A stretch of 21,344 nucleotides of DNA. Source: Bdellovibrionia bacterium (GTDB taxonomy: Bacteria; Bdellovibrionota; UBA1018). The stretch lies in assembly GCA_045805065.1 (NCBI GenBank), contig JBJMMA010000026.1:1-21344 (forward strand). The letters are read 5' to 3'. The position numbers and the translations under genes are program-made. Positions 7,919 to 16,995 of this stretch are shown piece after piece (within the stretch, counting starts at the first letter, position 1; each line of letters starts with the position of its first letter). Under the pieces are notes generated by a model. The model saw nothing but the letters and a program-made list of their open reading frames with translations, did no database searches and had not been told where the DNA came from.

Positions 7919-8689
7919 TTAAGGAGCTCGAATACTGGAAATCATCTCGCGAACGGCCTGGGTCATTCCCACGATGGCTGCGCGACAAACAATGGCGTGA
8001 CCGATATTGTATTCCTCGATCAGTGGAATGCGCTTTCCGTCCAGCGCCGTCTCAAGAGCAGCGGCTGGGCGCACGTTCTCATAATCAAAGCCATGGCCCG
8101 CGTGAGCCCTGAGCCCAAGCTTTCTTGCCATGAGGGCAGCTTTTTCAATTCTCTCAAGCTCGCTCTTTGCTTTCTTGGCAGCTCTTTGACCGGATTTCTC
8201 CTGAGTCGCGATACAATAGCGTCCCGTATGAAGCTCAACCGCATCCGCACCGAGCTCATGAGAAAGCTTGACGGCCTGAACCGAGGGTTCGATGAAGAGG
8301 CTTACTTTGATGCCTGCGCGCTTGAGCTTTTCGATCGCGCCCCCCACCCGCTTTTTGTTTTTAGCGAGATCCAGGCCCCCTTCGGTGGTCACTTCCTGGC
8401 GCTTCTCAGGAACCAGACAACTCCAATCCGGGCGGACGCGGCTTGCGATCTTCACCATCTCTTCTGTTGCGCCCATCTCAAGATTGAGCGGGATCTTGAG
8501 CTCTGCTCTCAAGATCTTTACGTCCGCATCCTGAATATGGCGGCGATCTTCACGAAGATGCACCGTGATCTGATCTCCCCCGGCCTCCTCCACGCAACGC
8601 GCGGCCTCCAGCAGATCCGGATAAGGCGTTCCGCGAAGCTGTCTCAGAGTTGCGACATGATCGATGTTTACGCCTAGCAGAGGAAGCAT
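7919..8689 (-). CDS. pdxJ: Pyridoxine 5'-phosphate synthase
   Basis: LGVNIDHVATLRQ, ITVHLREDRRHI, VPEKRQEVTTEGGLD, ELHTG, HAGHG and EYNIGHAIV. Confidence 0.97.
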   Translation of the reverse strand: MLPLLGVNIDHVATLRQLRGTPYPDLLEAARCVEEAGGDQITVHLREDRRHIQDADVKILRAELKIPLNLEMGATEEMVKIASRVRPDWSCLVPEKRQEVTTEGGLDLAKNKKRVGGAIEKLKRAGIKVSLFIEPSVQAVKLSHELGADAVELHTGRYCIATQEKSGQRAAKKAKSELERIEKAALMARKLGLRAHAGHGFDYENVRPAAALETALDGKRIPLIEEYNIGHAIVCRAAIVGMTQAVREMISSIRAP

Positions 8690-8708
8690 GAGTTTAAGTT
8701 CCTATCGT

Positions 8709-10118
8709 TTATCCCAGAATGCGTTGAATGTTGCTTGCAATGTCTTGCGAAAGCTTCGTGATGACGTCGAGATTTTCGCCCTCAACCATCACGCGAGCCA
8801 GAGGCTCAGTGCCCGAGTAGCGAACAAAGACGCGACCCTTGTTCTTGAGGCTTTCTTCGGCAGCGCGAATCGCCTTTTGAATGCTCTCATGTTGCTCGAG
8901 TGGCTCCTTGCGAGACACGCGAACATCGTTGCGAACTTGTGGAAAGAGTTTGATCTGCTTTTTAAGCTCAGAGAGCGGCTTTCCGGTTCTGCGCATGGCT
9001 TCGAGCACCTTGAGCGCTGCAACAATTCCATCACCCGTCGTCGATTGATCGAGAAACACAACGTGACCGGATTGCTCGCCACCTAAATTGAAGCCATTCT
9101 TTCTCATCGTGTCGACCACGTAGCGATCGCCCACTTGTGCGCGAACCATGGAGATCCCGCGCTCTTTCAAAGTCATCTCCAGGCCGATATTGGACATAGG
9201 CGTTGTGACAACCGTGTTCTTGAGAAGATTTCCTTCTGAAGCCATTTGAAGCGCGCAAAGGCCGATGATCTGATCTCCATCGACAATCTCGCCGTTCTCG
9301 TCAGACAAGATGCAGCGGTCACCATCGCCATCGAGCGAGATCCCGATATCTGCACGATAATGAGCGGTTTCACCCGCAATTTCTTCAGGGTGAAGCGCGC
9401 CGCACTTATCGTTGATATTCAGCCCGTTAGGGCTGACCCCGCGCCGGATGACTTCAGCTCCAAGCTCCTCGAACACAAGAGGCGCCACTTTGTAAGCCGC
9501 ACCATTAGCGCAATCCAGCGCAATACGGACGCCCAAGAGATCCATGTCCTTAGGAAAAAGAGCCTTCAAAAAGACCAAATAGCGCCCATGAACGTCATCA
9601 ATACGGAATGCTTTACCAACAAGATCGCCAGTAGGACGGATCTTATTAATTTCTTGAGTCGTAACGAGACGCTCAATCTCACGCTCAAGCTCGTCGGGAA
9701 GCTTATAGCCATCGGCTGAGAAAATCTTGATTCCGTTGTCTTGAAACGGATTGTGAGATGCGGAGATCATGATTCCGGCATCAGCACGCATGCTTTGCGT
9801 AACAAACGCCACACCCGGCGTTGGCAGCGGGCCGATCAGAACAACGTCTGCTCCCATAGAGCAAATGCCTGAGGCGATCGCGTTTTCAATCATATAGCCC
9901 GAGATACGCGTGTCTTTTCCAACAACAATTCGCGCCCGGCGAATCTGCTTGCTGGATTCCAGGGGCTTCAGACCAATGGGGAGCGAGCTCTTGGCGTTAA
10001 TGAGCGGCGATTGCTGAAGCACATGCGCAACAGCCCGACCAACGGCCATCGCCACTTCGCCCGTCATTGGCCATTCATTGGCCATTCCTCTAATTCCATC
10101 GGTTCCAACTAGCTTCAT
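8709..10118 (-). CDS. glmM: Phosphoglucosamine mutase
   Basis: GTDGIRG, GKDTRISGYM, catalytic SASHNP, metal-binding DGDGDR, GGEQSGH and RYSGTEP. Confidence 0.97.
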   Translation of the reverse strand: MKLVGTDGIRGMANEWPMTGEVAMAVGRAVAHVLQQSPLINAKSSLPIGLKPLESSKQIRRARIVVGKDTRISGYMIENAIASGICSMGADVVLIGPLPTPGVAFVTQSMRADAGIMISASHNPFQDNGIKIFSADGYKLPDELEREIERLVTTQEINKIRPTGDLVGKAFRIDDVHGRYLVFLKALFPKDMDLLGVRIALDCANGAAYKVAPLVFEELGAEVIRRGVSPNGLNINDKCGALHPEEIAGETAHYRADIGISLDGDGDRCILSDENGEIVDGDQIIGLCALQMASEGNLLKNTVVTTPMSNIGLEMTLKERGISMVRAQVGDRYVVDTMRKNGFNLGGEQSGHVVFLDQSTTGDGIVAALKVLEAMRRTGKPLSELKKQIKLFPQVRNDVRVSRKEPLEQHESIQKAIRAAEESLKNKGRVFVRYSGTEPLARVMVEGENLDVITKLSQDIASNIQRILG

Positions 10119-10128
10119 AACTTCTCTC

Positions 10129-11052
10129 TTAATAAAGAGTGACGCCCACTTTTTCGGGGATCACTTTCACCAGTCCCACATCGTCCGGAAGAGTGACTTT
10201 CACTGGTTCCACGTAATGACCTTTGGGCTTCCCGCTCAGATCAATGACCGCATAGACGCGATCCTTATCCAGGGCCTTCAAGCTTTTTGAATCCGCCCTC
10301 ACGAGCACCGTCACGGTTCTCTCGTCTAAGCGGACTTTATAGGAAGACAGAACGCGAATGTCCACGTTCTTGATTCTAAAATTAGGTGCAAGCGGTTGAA
10401 TCTCGATAGCAATTTTTGGAAGCGGCCCATCGAGCTGAACGTTCTGACGCTGAACATCGAGACCTACATCCCGCTCAACCGATTGATGCATTCCGGAGAC
10501 GTCAAAAGGAAGAGTGTTCACTTCCGTGACAGCATCCACGCGGCTTTCAGCGCCTTTGATGCGAACGGTAGGCGGCTTCACTTCCGCTTTCACAATGCGG
10601 TAACCTTCCGGCGGCATTCCCTGAAGCGTTGGACGCACAGGCACTTCGCGGCGTTTCACGTACTCAAGCTTGATGAGGATGGCTGTAGGATTGACCGAGA
10701 GAACTTTCACGCCGATGGGTACGCGAATATTGTCTGAAAAGAAACGATAGGTCACCAGGCCTGGCTTTGCGCCGGCCAAGTTCACGCGAATCGGATCTTC
10801 TCTGCGATCCAAGATGGCGCGCAAGAATGCTTTTGGCCCCGAGAGTCTGAACGCGATGCGATCCGGGATTTCGTTGGATGGAACAATGTCCGCGGGCGTG
10901 ATGACTTCGAGCGGGATTTCTTTTGTGACTTCGACGTTTCGCGATCCCAAAACGACAATCCAAAGCACAATGGCAACGCCTACGGAAATCAGTTTAGTTC
11001 CGATGTTCTGAGTAAAGAAACTCCAGATGTAGGAAAAAAGCTGCTCTAGCAT
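10129..11052 (-). CDS. cdaR: CdaR/YbbR-like regulator of diadenylate cyclase
   Basis: N-terminal membrane anchor (KLISVGVAIVLWIVV) followed by about three YbbR-like repeats (VNLAGAKPG, PPTVRIKG, IDLSGKPKG). Located between cdaA and glmM. Confidence 0.85.
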   Translation of the reverse strand: MLEQLFSYIWSFFTQNIGTKLISVGVAIVLWIVVLGSRNVEVTKEIPLEVITPADIVPSNEIPDRIAFRLSGPKAFLRAILDRREDPIRVNLAGAKPGLVTYRFFSDNIRVPIGVKVLSVNPTAILIKLEYVKRREVPVRPTLQGMPPEGYRIVKAEVKPPTVRIKGAESRVDAVTEVNTLPFDVSGMHQSVERDVGLDVQRQNVQLDGPLPKIAIEIQPLAPNFRIKNVDIRVLSSYKVRLDERTVTVLVRADSKSLKALDKDRVYAVIDLSGKPKGHYVEPVKVTLPDDVGLVKVIPEKVGVTLY

Positions 11053-11055
11053 CGT

Positions 11056-11916
11056 CTAACTCGCACCCCGGCCGTTATGACTTCCGCCACGCGCGGCGCC
11101 ACGCTGATTGAGCCAGTTTCTGAGCTTTCTTGGCAGCCCGCTCTGGCTTCGTGAAATATCCAAAAGCGCAGAGAGGCTTTGACGAATCTCCTGCTCAGAG
11201 AGATTGGTCGTGATCTTGCCGTTCTTAACAAGATGGGCTTCACCGGCTTCTTCCGACACGAGCACAACGATTGCGTCGGAGTCTTCCGTGATCCCAAGAG
11301 CTGCGCGATGGCGCGTGCCGTAGCGCTTATCAATGTTTGGATCTTTGGAGAGTGGCAAAAAGCAGCCCGCGGCTTCAATGCGGCCTTCGCGAATGATGAC
11401 CGCACCATCGTGAATGGGGCTTGAGGGAACGAAGATCGCGTACAAGAGCTCGGCTTTGACTTTCGATTCCAGGCGAGAGCCCGTATCGATGAAATTCTTC
11501 AGGCCCGTCTCACGCTCAATGACAAAGAGGGCGCCGATTCGCTCGTTCGCGAGGCGCGTTGCCGCGCGCGCGATTTCATCGACCATCTCACGCTCTTCTT
11601 CGGCTGAGGCTGATGAGAAGAACGGGTTTTTGCCCACATGCGTGAGCGCGCGTCTCAAGTCATCTTGAAACAGCACGATCACGATGAGGATCAGATAATC
11701 AAAGAAATACGACAGGAGCCAATGTGTCGTGAAAAGCTCAAGCGTTGAGGACAGGAAAAAGCCAATCCCAAGAATACCGAGTCCAGTCAGCATCTGCATC
11801 GCGCGCGTACCGCGGATGAGAAGCAGGATTCGGTAGACGATGAACGCCACGATGCCCACGTCGAGCAGGTCGATCAACCGAAGGCTCGATTGGAGATTAC
11901 GGATTAGATCTCCCAC
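11056..11916 (-). CDS. cdaA: Membrane-bound diadenylate cyclase CdaA/DacA
   Basis: Three N-terminal TM helices, FQDDLRRAL, catalytic HDGAVII and GTRHRAALG, and VSEE. GTG start. Confidence 0.95.
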   Translation of the reverse strand: MGDLIRNLQSSLRLIDLLDVGIVAFIVYRILLLIRGTRAMQMLTGLGILGIGFFLSSTLELFTTHWLLSYFFDYLILIVIVLFQDDLRRALTHVGKNPFFSSASAEEEREMVDEIARAATRLANERIGALFVIERETGLKNFIDTGSRLESKVKAELLYAIFVPSSPIHDGAVIIREGRIEAAGCFLPLSKDPNIDKRYGTRHRAALGITEDSDAIVVLVSEEAGEAHLVKNGKITTNLSEQEIRQSLSALLDISRSQSGLPRKLRNWLNQRGAARGGSHNGRGAS

Positions 11917-11927
11917 GTTGGCTTTAC

Positions 11928-11956
11928 GGGCGTGGCTTGGCTCTTAAGTCACGCCT
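11928..11956. other. Intergenic stem-loop between ftsH and cdaA
   Basis: The plus strand reads GGCGTGGCTT-GGCTCTT-AAGTCACGCC. This gives a 10-bp stem with one G-U pair, which becomes an A-C mismatch on the minus-strand mRNA. No U-tract follows on the mRNA strand. Confidence 0.5.
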
Positions 11957-11976
11957 GTTTCGCAGACTTCACGAAC

Positions 11977-13935
11977 TCAGGCGGGCATTGGAGCGGGCGC
12001 GGCCCCTCCTCCTGTTCCAGAATCAGTGCGTCCAGCTGGCGCAGTCGCCGGAGCTGAGGCATTCGGTGTATTCCCGGTCGAATCGACCACTGCGGGAACC
12101 GGGCGCTCAATCTTGAGGCCCTGACAGATGCGCTCGACTTCTTCGCCATCAATGGTTTCGTACTCAAGAAGAGCCTGAGCCAGATTATGGAGAATCTGGA
12201 TCTTGGTCTCAAGGATCTCGCGGGCGCGACGGTAATTGCGCTCGACGATGTCGCGAACTTCACGATCAATCGTTTGCGCGGTCTGCTCGGAGTAATCTCT
12301 TGCCTGACCGATATCGCGACCCAGGAAGATCTCTTGCTCTTTCTTACCGAAAGTCAAAGGTCCCAAAACATCGCTCATGCCCCATTCGCAAACCATGCGG
12401 CGTGCGAGATCGGTAGCGCGCTCGATATCGTTTCCTGCGCCCGTCGTCTTTTGATTGAGAACAAGTTCTTCAGCCAAACGTCCACCCATGAGGAACGCGA
12501 TATTGTTCTCGGCCTTGTCGCGCGAGAGCGAGATGCGATCTTCGGATGGCAGAGTCATCGTCACACCCAGCGCCATTCCGCGCGGGATGATCGTGACTTT
12601 ATGAATTGGATCCGTGCCCGGCATGAACTTACCGACCAGCGTGTGACCTGCTTCGTGATAAGCAGTCGTGCGCTTTTCGGTATCCGTAAGAACCATGCTC
12701 TTACGTTCAACGCCCATGAGGACCTTGTCTTTGGCGTGCTCAAAGTCAGCCATTTCAAGGAACTTCTTATTGGTACGTGCCGCAAGAAGGGCCGCTTCGT
12801 TGACCAGGTTCTCAAGATCAGCACCCGAGAAACCAGGAGTTCCACGAGCGATGACTTGCAAGTTCACGTTCGCAGCCATTGGGGTCTTGCGAGTGTGAAC
12901 TTTAAGGATTGCTTCACGTCCCTTGACGTCTGGAGCAGAAACCATCACGCGACGGTCAAAGCGACCTGGACGAAGAAGAGCAGGATCAAGAACGTCTGGA
13001 CGGTTAGTCGCAGCAATCATGATCACGCCTTCATTGGATTCGAAGCCATCCATCTCAACGAGAAGTTGGTTCAAAGTCTGTTCGCGCTCATCATGTCCAC
13101 CACCGAGGCCGGCGCCGCGATGACGGCCGACGGCATCGATTTCGTCGATGAAGATGATGCATGGAGCGTGTTTCTTGCCTTGCTCGAAAAGATCGCGAAC
13201 GCGGGATGCACCCACGCCGACGAACATTTCAACGAAGTCAGATCCGGAGATCGAAAAGAATGGAACGCCTGCTTCGCCTGCGATGGCGCGAGCGAGCAAG
13301 GTCTTACCGGTGCCTGGAGGGCCCATGAGGAGCACGCCCTTAGGAATGCGTCCGCCCAGACGGGTAAACTTCTTTGGATCTTTCAAGAATGCGATGATCT
13401 CTTCGAGTTCATTTTTCGCTTCTTCAGCGCCTGCAACATCCTTGAACGTCACGCGGTTTTGATTCTCAGTGAGAAGGCGCGCTTTGCTCTTTCCAAAGGA
13501 CATGGCCTTGCCACCGCCCACTTGGATCTGGCGCATAAACAAAAAGAAGAAAACAAAGAGAAGCAACATCGGGAACCACGAGATCAGCACTTGCTGCCAG
13601 ATCGGAGTTTTCTCCGCCTTTTCGTAGTTAGGAATGATGTTGTTCTTTTCGAGAATCTCGAAAACCTTCGGGTTGGCGGTGTCGCCATTGGCCTCAAAGT
13701 ATTTACGTCCATCCGGACCGGCTTCTTTAAAGGTACCGGTGATCAAGTCATCCGACTTGAACGTGACTTCGGCAACTTTTCCGTCCTTCACGTACGAGAT
13801 GAACTGGCTAAACGAAATGTCCTTGCGATTGCGACTGCCTGGATCGAAAACCTTGAAAAGGCTAGCGAACAAAAGAATCAGAACAAGCCACAGAGCAACG
13901 GTTTTATGTGATGGTTTCATGTATGGAAAACCCAA
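11977..13935 (-). CDS. ftsH: ATP-dependent zinc metalloprotease FtsH
   Basis: Two TM helices, Walker A GPPGTGKT, Walker [30 protein letters not shown] and HEAGH. Start is TTG 13935 (SD GGAGAGG) or ATG 13920. Confidence 0.98.
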   Translation of the reverse strand: MGFPYMKPSHKTVALWLVLILLFASLFKVFDPGSRNRKDISFSQFISYVKDGKVAEVTFKSDDLITGTFKEAGPDGRKYFEANGDTANPKVFEILEKNNIIPNYEKAEKTPIWQQVLISWFPMLLLFVFFFLFMRQIQVGGGKAMSFGKSKARLLTENQNRVTFKDVAGAEEAKNELEEIIAFLKDPKKFTRLGGRIPKGVLLMGPPGTGKTLLARAIAGEAGVPFFSISGSDFVEMFVGVGASRVRDLFEQGKKHAPCIIFIDEIDAVGRHRGAGLGGGHDEREQTLNQLLVEMDGFESNEGVIMIAATNRPDVLDPALLRPGRFDRRVMVSAPDVKGREAILKVHTRKTPMAANVNLQVIARGTPGFSGADLENLVNEAALLAARTNKKFLEMADFEHAKDKVLMGVERKSMVLTDTEKRTTAYHEAGHTLVGKFMPGTDPIHKVTIIPRGMALGVTMTLPSEDRISLSRDKAENNIAFLMGGRLAEELVLNQKTTGAGNDIERATDLARRMVCEWGMSDVLGPLTFGKKEQEIFLGRDIGQARDYSEQTAQTIDREVRDIVERNYRRAREILETKIQILHNLAQALLEYETIDGEEVERICQGLKIERPVPAVVDSTGNTPNASAPATAPAGRTDSGTGGGAAPAPMPA

Positions 13936-14001
13936 CCCTCTCCACGAACAAGCCTAGCATGATCGTTTTAAAAAAAGCAATTTGGTGAAGCCTGAGGCAA
14001 A

Positions 14002-15033
14002 CTATTTTTCTTTGCCATTTCCCCGGCTTACCGACTGTATTTTTCGCTCCAGCGTCCAGCGCTCTGTCGCTCGCTGCGGCGCATCTCTTTTTCGGTCCAT
14101 TTTTGATTCAATGTGTCGAGTAAGCTTCCATCCTCCTGGAAGATCGATCTCGCTTTGTTGATTCAGGATCGCTTCCAGGTGTGGCCTTCGTCCTCGAATG
14201 CCAGCGGCCTGAAACAAAATCTCGGGTCCTACTTCACTCTGACCGAATTCGTCAGCTACCCCAGAACCCTGACCCGGAGCCCGAAGAGGAGCTTGAACAG
14301 AAGCTTGAGCCGCAAGGCCCAGCTTCACCAGATGTTCCATGGCCTTTGGAAAAATCTTCTCTACCGTGGGCACAAGTTCTGATCTGATTCTCGCTCTTAA
14401 GAATCTGGGATCTAAATTGCTTTCGTCAATTCGGTACTTTTGTTTCTCTTCTTTTAAATATTTTAAGAGCGTCGATTTTCTTTGAGTGAGAAACGGTCTG
14501 AGTTCTACTCCATGCCGCACCGCAATGCCGCCGCCGTGGGTTTGCGAAGCTCCCGTGAAAAGTCTCCAAAGCAAGGTTTCGGCAAGATCATCGGCTTGAT
14601 GAGCGGTCAGGACGATCGCTTCATGCTTCTCAGCGGCCTCCTTAAAGAAAGCCTTTCGGGCGTCGCGGGCGACTTCTTCCCAGGACCTGCCTTGGTAGGT
14701 TTCATTGATGGCAGGCGCCTTGAGCTTCTTGATTTCAAGCGGAACATCCCAGCGCTTGGCAAAGGCCTTCACAAAGCGAGCGTCCTCGACTGACTTTTCC
14801 CGCCAGCCATGGTCCACATGAAGCAGCCTGATCCCCCCCTTGGGTGCGATCCTCCTGCCGTACTTTATAAGGAGGTGCGCGAGCGCGACTGAGTCCGGGC
14901 CGCCCGACAATCCGATAAGGATATGCGAAGTAATAGGGAGTTCAATGTTCTGCCTTTTAAGGAAGCCAATGACATCCCGGATTAATCGCCCGCCGACTTC
15001 GCCTGGCCGTGGATATGCGCTTTTTTGGAGCAT
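14002..15033 (-). CDS. tilS: tRNA(Ile)-lysidine synthetase, short form
   Basis: GLSGGPDS, HVDHGWR, EEVARDAR, TAHQADDLAET, RPFL and DESN...RARIR. Upstream of ftsH. ATG 15033 is preferred over the longer ORF start at 15078. Confidence 0.88.
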   Translation of the reverse strand: MLQKSAYPRPGEVGGRLIRDVIGFLKRQNIELPITSHILIGLSGGPDSVALAHLLIKYGRRIAPKGGIRLLHVDHGWREKSVEDARFVKAFAKRWDVPLEIKKLKAPAINETYQGRSWEEVARDARKAFFKEAAEKHEAIVLTAHQADDLAETLLWRLFTGASQTHGGGIAVRHGVELRPFLTQRKSTLLKYLKEEKQKYRIDESNLDPRFLRARIRSELVPTVEKIFPKAMEHLVKLGLAAQASVQAPLRAPGQGSGVADEFGQSEVGPEILFQAAGIRGRRPHLEAILNQQSEIDLPGGWKLTRHIESKMDRKRDAPQRATERWTLERKIQSVSRGNGKEK

Positions 15034-15150
15034 TAAGGTAAACGAGATTAACTCTGCCGCTTTAAGAAACGCAATCAAGATTAGAAATCAGTCGCCTGAC
15101 CTCTTGACCATGAGATTAGTTCAGTCTATTAGTCTAACTCTCGCAAACGT

Positions 15151-15227
15151 GTCAGGGTAGCTCAGTTGGTTAGAGCACCGCATTCATAACGCGGGGGTCG
15201 GGAGTTCAAATCTCCCCCTTGACACCA
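15151..15227 (+). tRNA. tRNA with anticodon CAT, most likely elongator tRNA-Met
   Basis: Cloverleaf with acceptor GTCAGGG/CCTTGAC, D arm GCTC..GAGC, anticodon loop TTCATAA (CAT at 15185-15187), T arm GGGAG-TTCAAAT-CTCCC and an encoded ACCA end. The paired G1-C72 and the lack of a GGG/CCC anticodon stem argue against the initiator tRNA. Confidence 0.93.
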
Positions 15228-15339
15228 TTTTTTCACTTTAAGTTCTTCGAGCTCTTCTCCTTAAAGCAATTCTATTATCTTGCGATCTTAATTCCCACGT
15301 TTAGACTTCTGTTGTTCAGAACTCGGTGGGGAGATCGAA

Positions 15340-16995
15340 ATGAGACTCGGAAAACTTTGGATCGTAGTTGGAGTGCTCTTTACTTGCCCCTATGGGTTTG
15401 CAGAAGCACCTCCTAGCTGCATAAACGCTCAGCCGGCCGGGCCCTTCACTGGCGGGAAGTTTATCCCCGCAACCACGTCGAGGCTCGTATTCCGCCTTGC
15501 CGAGTCGAAGGTTTTCGAGGATGGAAGCCTGAACTTCGACGCGAACGTTTACGAGACTGGAACAATCGAAAATCAAGGGAGCAAACTTTCCACCCTTACT
15601 GCTGTAGTCAGCGTGGACGAGCAAATGGCAGGAGGGGAGACAGCGTACATGGCGGTTCGATACGCCGCAAAGAATGGATCTGTTTTACATCTGACCCCTC
15701 TTGATTTTCAGGTTCCCGAAGGGCCGGTCTACACAGCATTTTTCAAAAGCATCGAGAAGAAATTAGAAACAATCTACAAAGCACCCACTACCCTCAGTTC
15801 TGCTCCTATCAGTGGACTCAGTCTGCCAAAATGTAAGCTCCGCACGCCCCATGAGACCTGGATCCTTCAGGCCCGCAGCCTGCCTCTGTCCAAGAGCATG
15901 CACCCAGTGAAGCTGGGCCCGGAGAACGCCTCACTCAAAGATGAGTCTTTGTGGACCGGCGGTGACATGGATCCTCTGCTTTATGTGAAAACCCCGGATC
16001 AGGTTTACATTGGATACTCGACTGAGCGCCCTTACGCATTTGAACATGCTGGGAACAAATACCGATGCTCGACTGAACCCAGCAAAAGAGATCCGACGAC
16101 AGAGCAGGAACGACACCGCATTGCATACGGAGTTTCTGATAAGGATCTCAAGTTACTTTGGACCGATCCAGTATTTGGGGCGGTTTACCAACCTCAGGGC
16201 AAATCGGCTGAACGAGAGTTGGCGGATTTCCGCAAGCGCTACGACTACAATTACGATCTGGTTGCTAAAGACAGCAGAATCATCGCTCCTTCTGAGCCAG
16301 CTCCAGCCCCAAAGCTCAGCGTCACTGACCTCAACGCAAAAATCCCAGTCGTCTACGTCAAGGATTCATTTTCAAGGTATTATCGTTGCACCGCTGACAA
16401 TTTGATTCCGGATATCAGTCGCTTCGTTGAACCGCTGATTTATATCTATTCCGGCAATAAGGAACGAGTCACGGTTTCGCTTGGACCTGAAGTAAAAATC
16501 ATGGGTGCCGATCCTGAGCCCATTAAGAACTCATGGGAAGTGAACACGGATTCCAAAGGACACATGAGAGTGGACGGAGCTCGTGCGTACCGCTCGCTTT
16601 TCTGGGAGGGGCGCGGCCCGGATTTTCCAGCGCCGCCTACCGCCGGAGTCGTGTTGGAGCGCGATCAAGTTGAAACCTATCTTTCGAAACAACTCCCCTG
16701 CCTGGGCCTTCGAGGACGGGAGGTCACGGAGTTCATCCACTACTGGGCGCCAGTTCTGAAACAACATCCGGCAGTACTGATTGATTTTATCTTGAATCAC
16801 GAGGTCGAGCGTTTCGCGCCGCTGATTACGTCACGCCCCATGAAGAAGATCCGCGTCTATCTCAACTATCGTCCGCTTGCTCCATTTGACGACAAGGGCT
16901 TCCCGCGAAAACACTTCCCTACTCTGTCAAGACCGGAAGACAATCTTCTCATCGAGTGGGGCGGAATCCATTGGGCCGATTCGGAGCTTCGCTAA
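15340..16995 (+). CDS. Secreted protein with a C-terminal 'KPVIYLYP...EWGG'-type domain of unknown function
   Basis: SD GGGGAG and a signal-peptide-like N-terminus. C-terminal motifs EPLIYIYS, YRSLFWEG, LGLRGREVTEFIHYWAP, APL..IRVYL and IEWGG match a widespread uncharacterised family, recognised from memory. Confidence 0.8.
   Translation: MRLGKLWIVVGVLFTCPYGFAEAPPSCINAQPAGPFTGGKFIPATTSRLVFRLAESKVFEDGSLNFDANVYETGTIENQGSKLSTLTAVVSVDEQMAGGETAYMAVRYAAKNGSVLHLTPLDFQVPEGPVYTAFFKSIEKKLETIYKAPTTLSSAPISGLSLPKCKLRTPHETWILQARSLPLSKSMHPVKLGPENASLKDESLWTGGDMDPLLYVKTPDQVYIGYSTERPYAFEHAGNKYRCSTEPSKRDPTTEQERHRIAYGVSDKDLKLLWTDPVFGAVYQPQGKSAERELADFRKRYDYNYDLVAKDSRIIAPSEPAPAPKLSVTDLNAKIPVVYVKDSFSRYYRCTADNLIPDISRFVEPLIYIYSGNKERVTVSLGPEVKIMGADPEPIKNSWEVNTDSKGHMRVDGARAYRSLFWEGRGPDFPAPPTAGVVLERDQVETYLSKQLPCLGLRGREVTEFIHYWAPVLKQHPAVLIDFILNHEVERFAPLITSRPMKKIRVYLNYRPLAPFDDKGFPRKHFPTLSRPEDNLLIEWGGIHWADSELR

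Noticed and set aside
6719..8677. Long plus-strand ORFs (261 and 350 aa) opposite nnr and pdxJ
   Set aside because: Antisense shadows of well-supported minus-strand genes, with no motifs.
12187..13911. 574-aa plus-strand ORF antisense to ftsH
   Set aside because: Codon-aligned shadow of a highly conserved gene, with no recognisable motifs. Such antisense ORFs are common opposite ftsH.
15104..15135. Sigma70 promoter for the tRNA (TTGACC...TATTAG/TAGTCT)
   Set aside because: Plausible, but the -10 is either non-consensus at 17-nt spacing or too distant at 20 nt, so it was not called.
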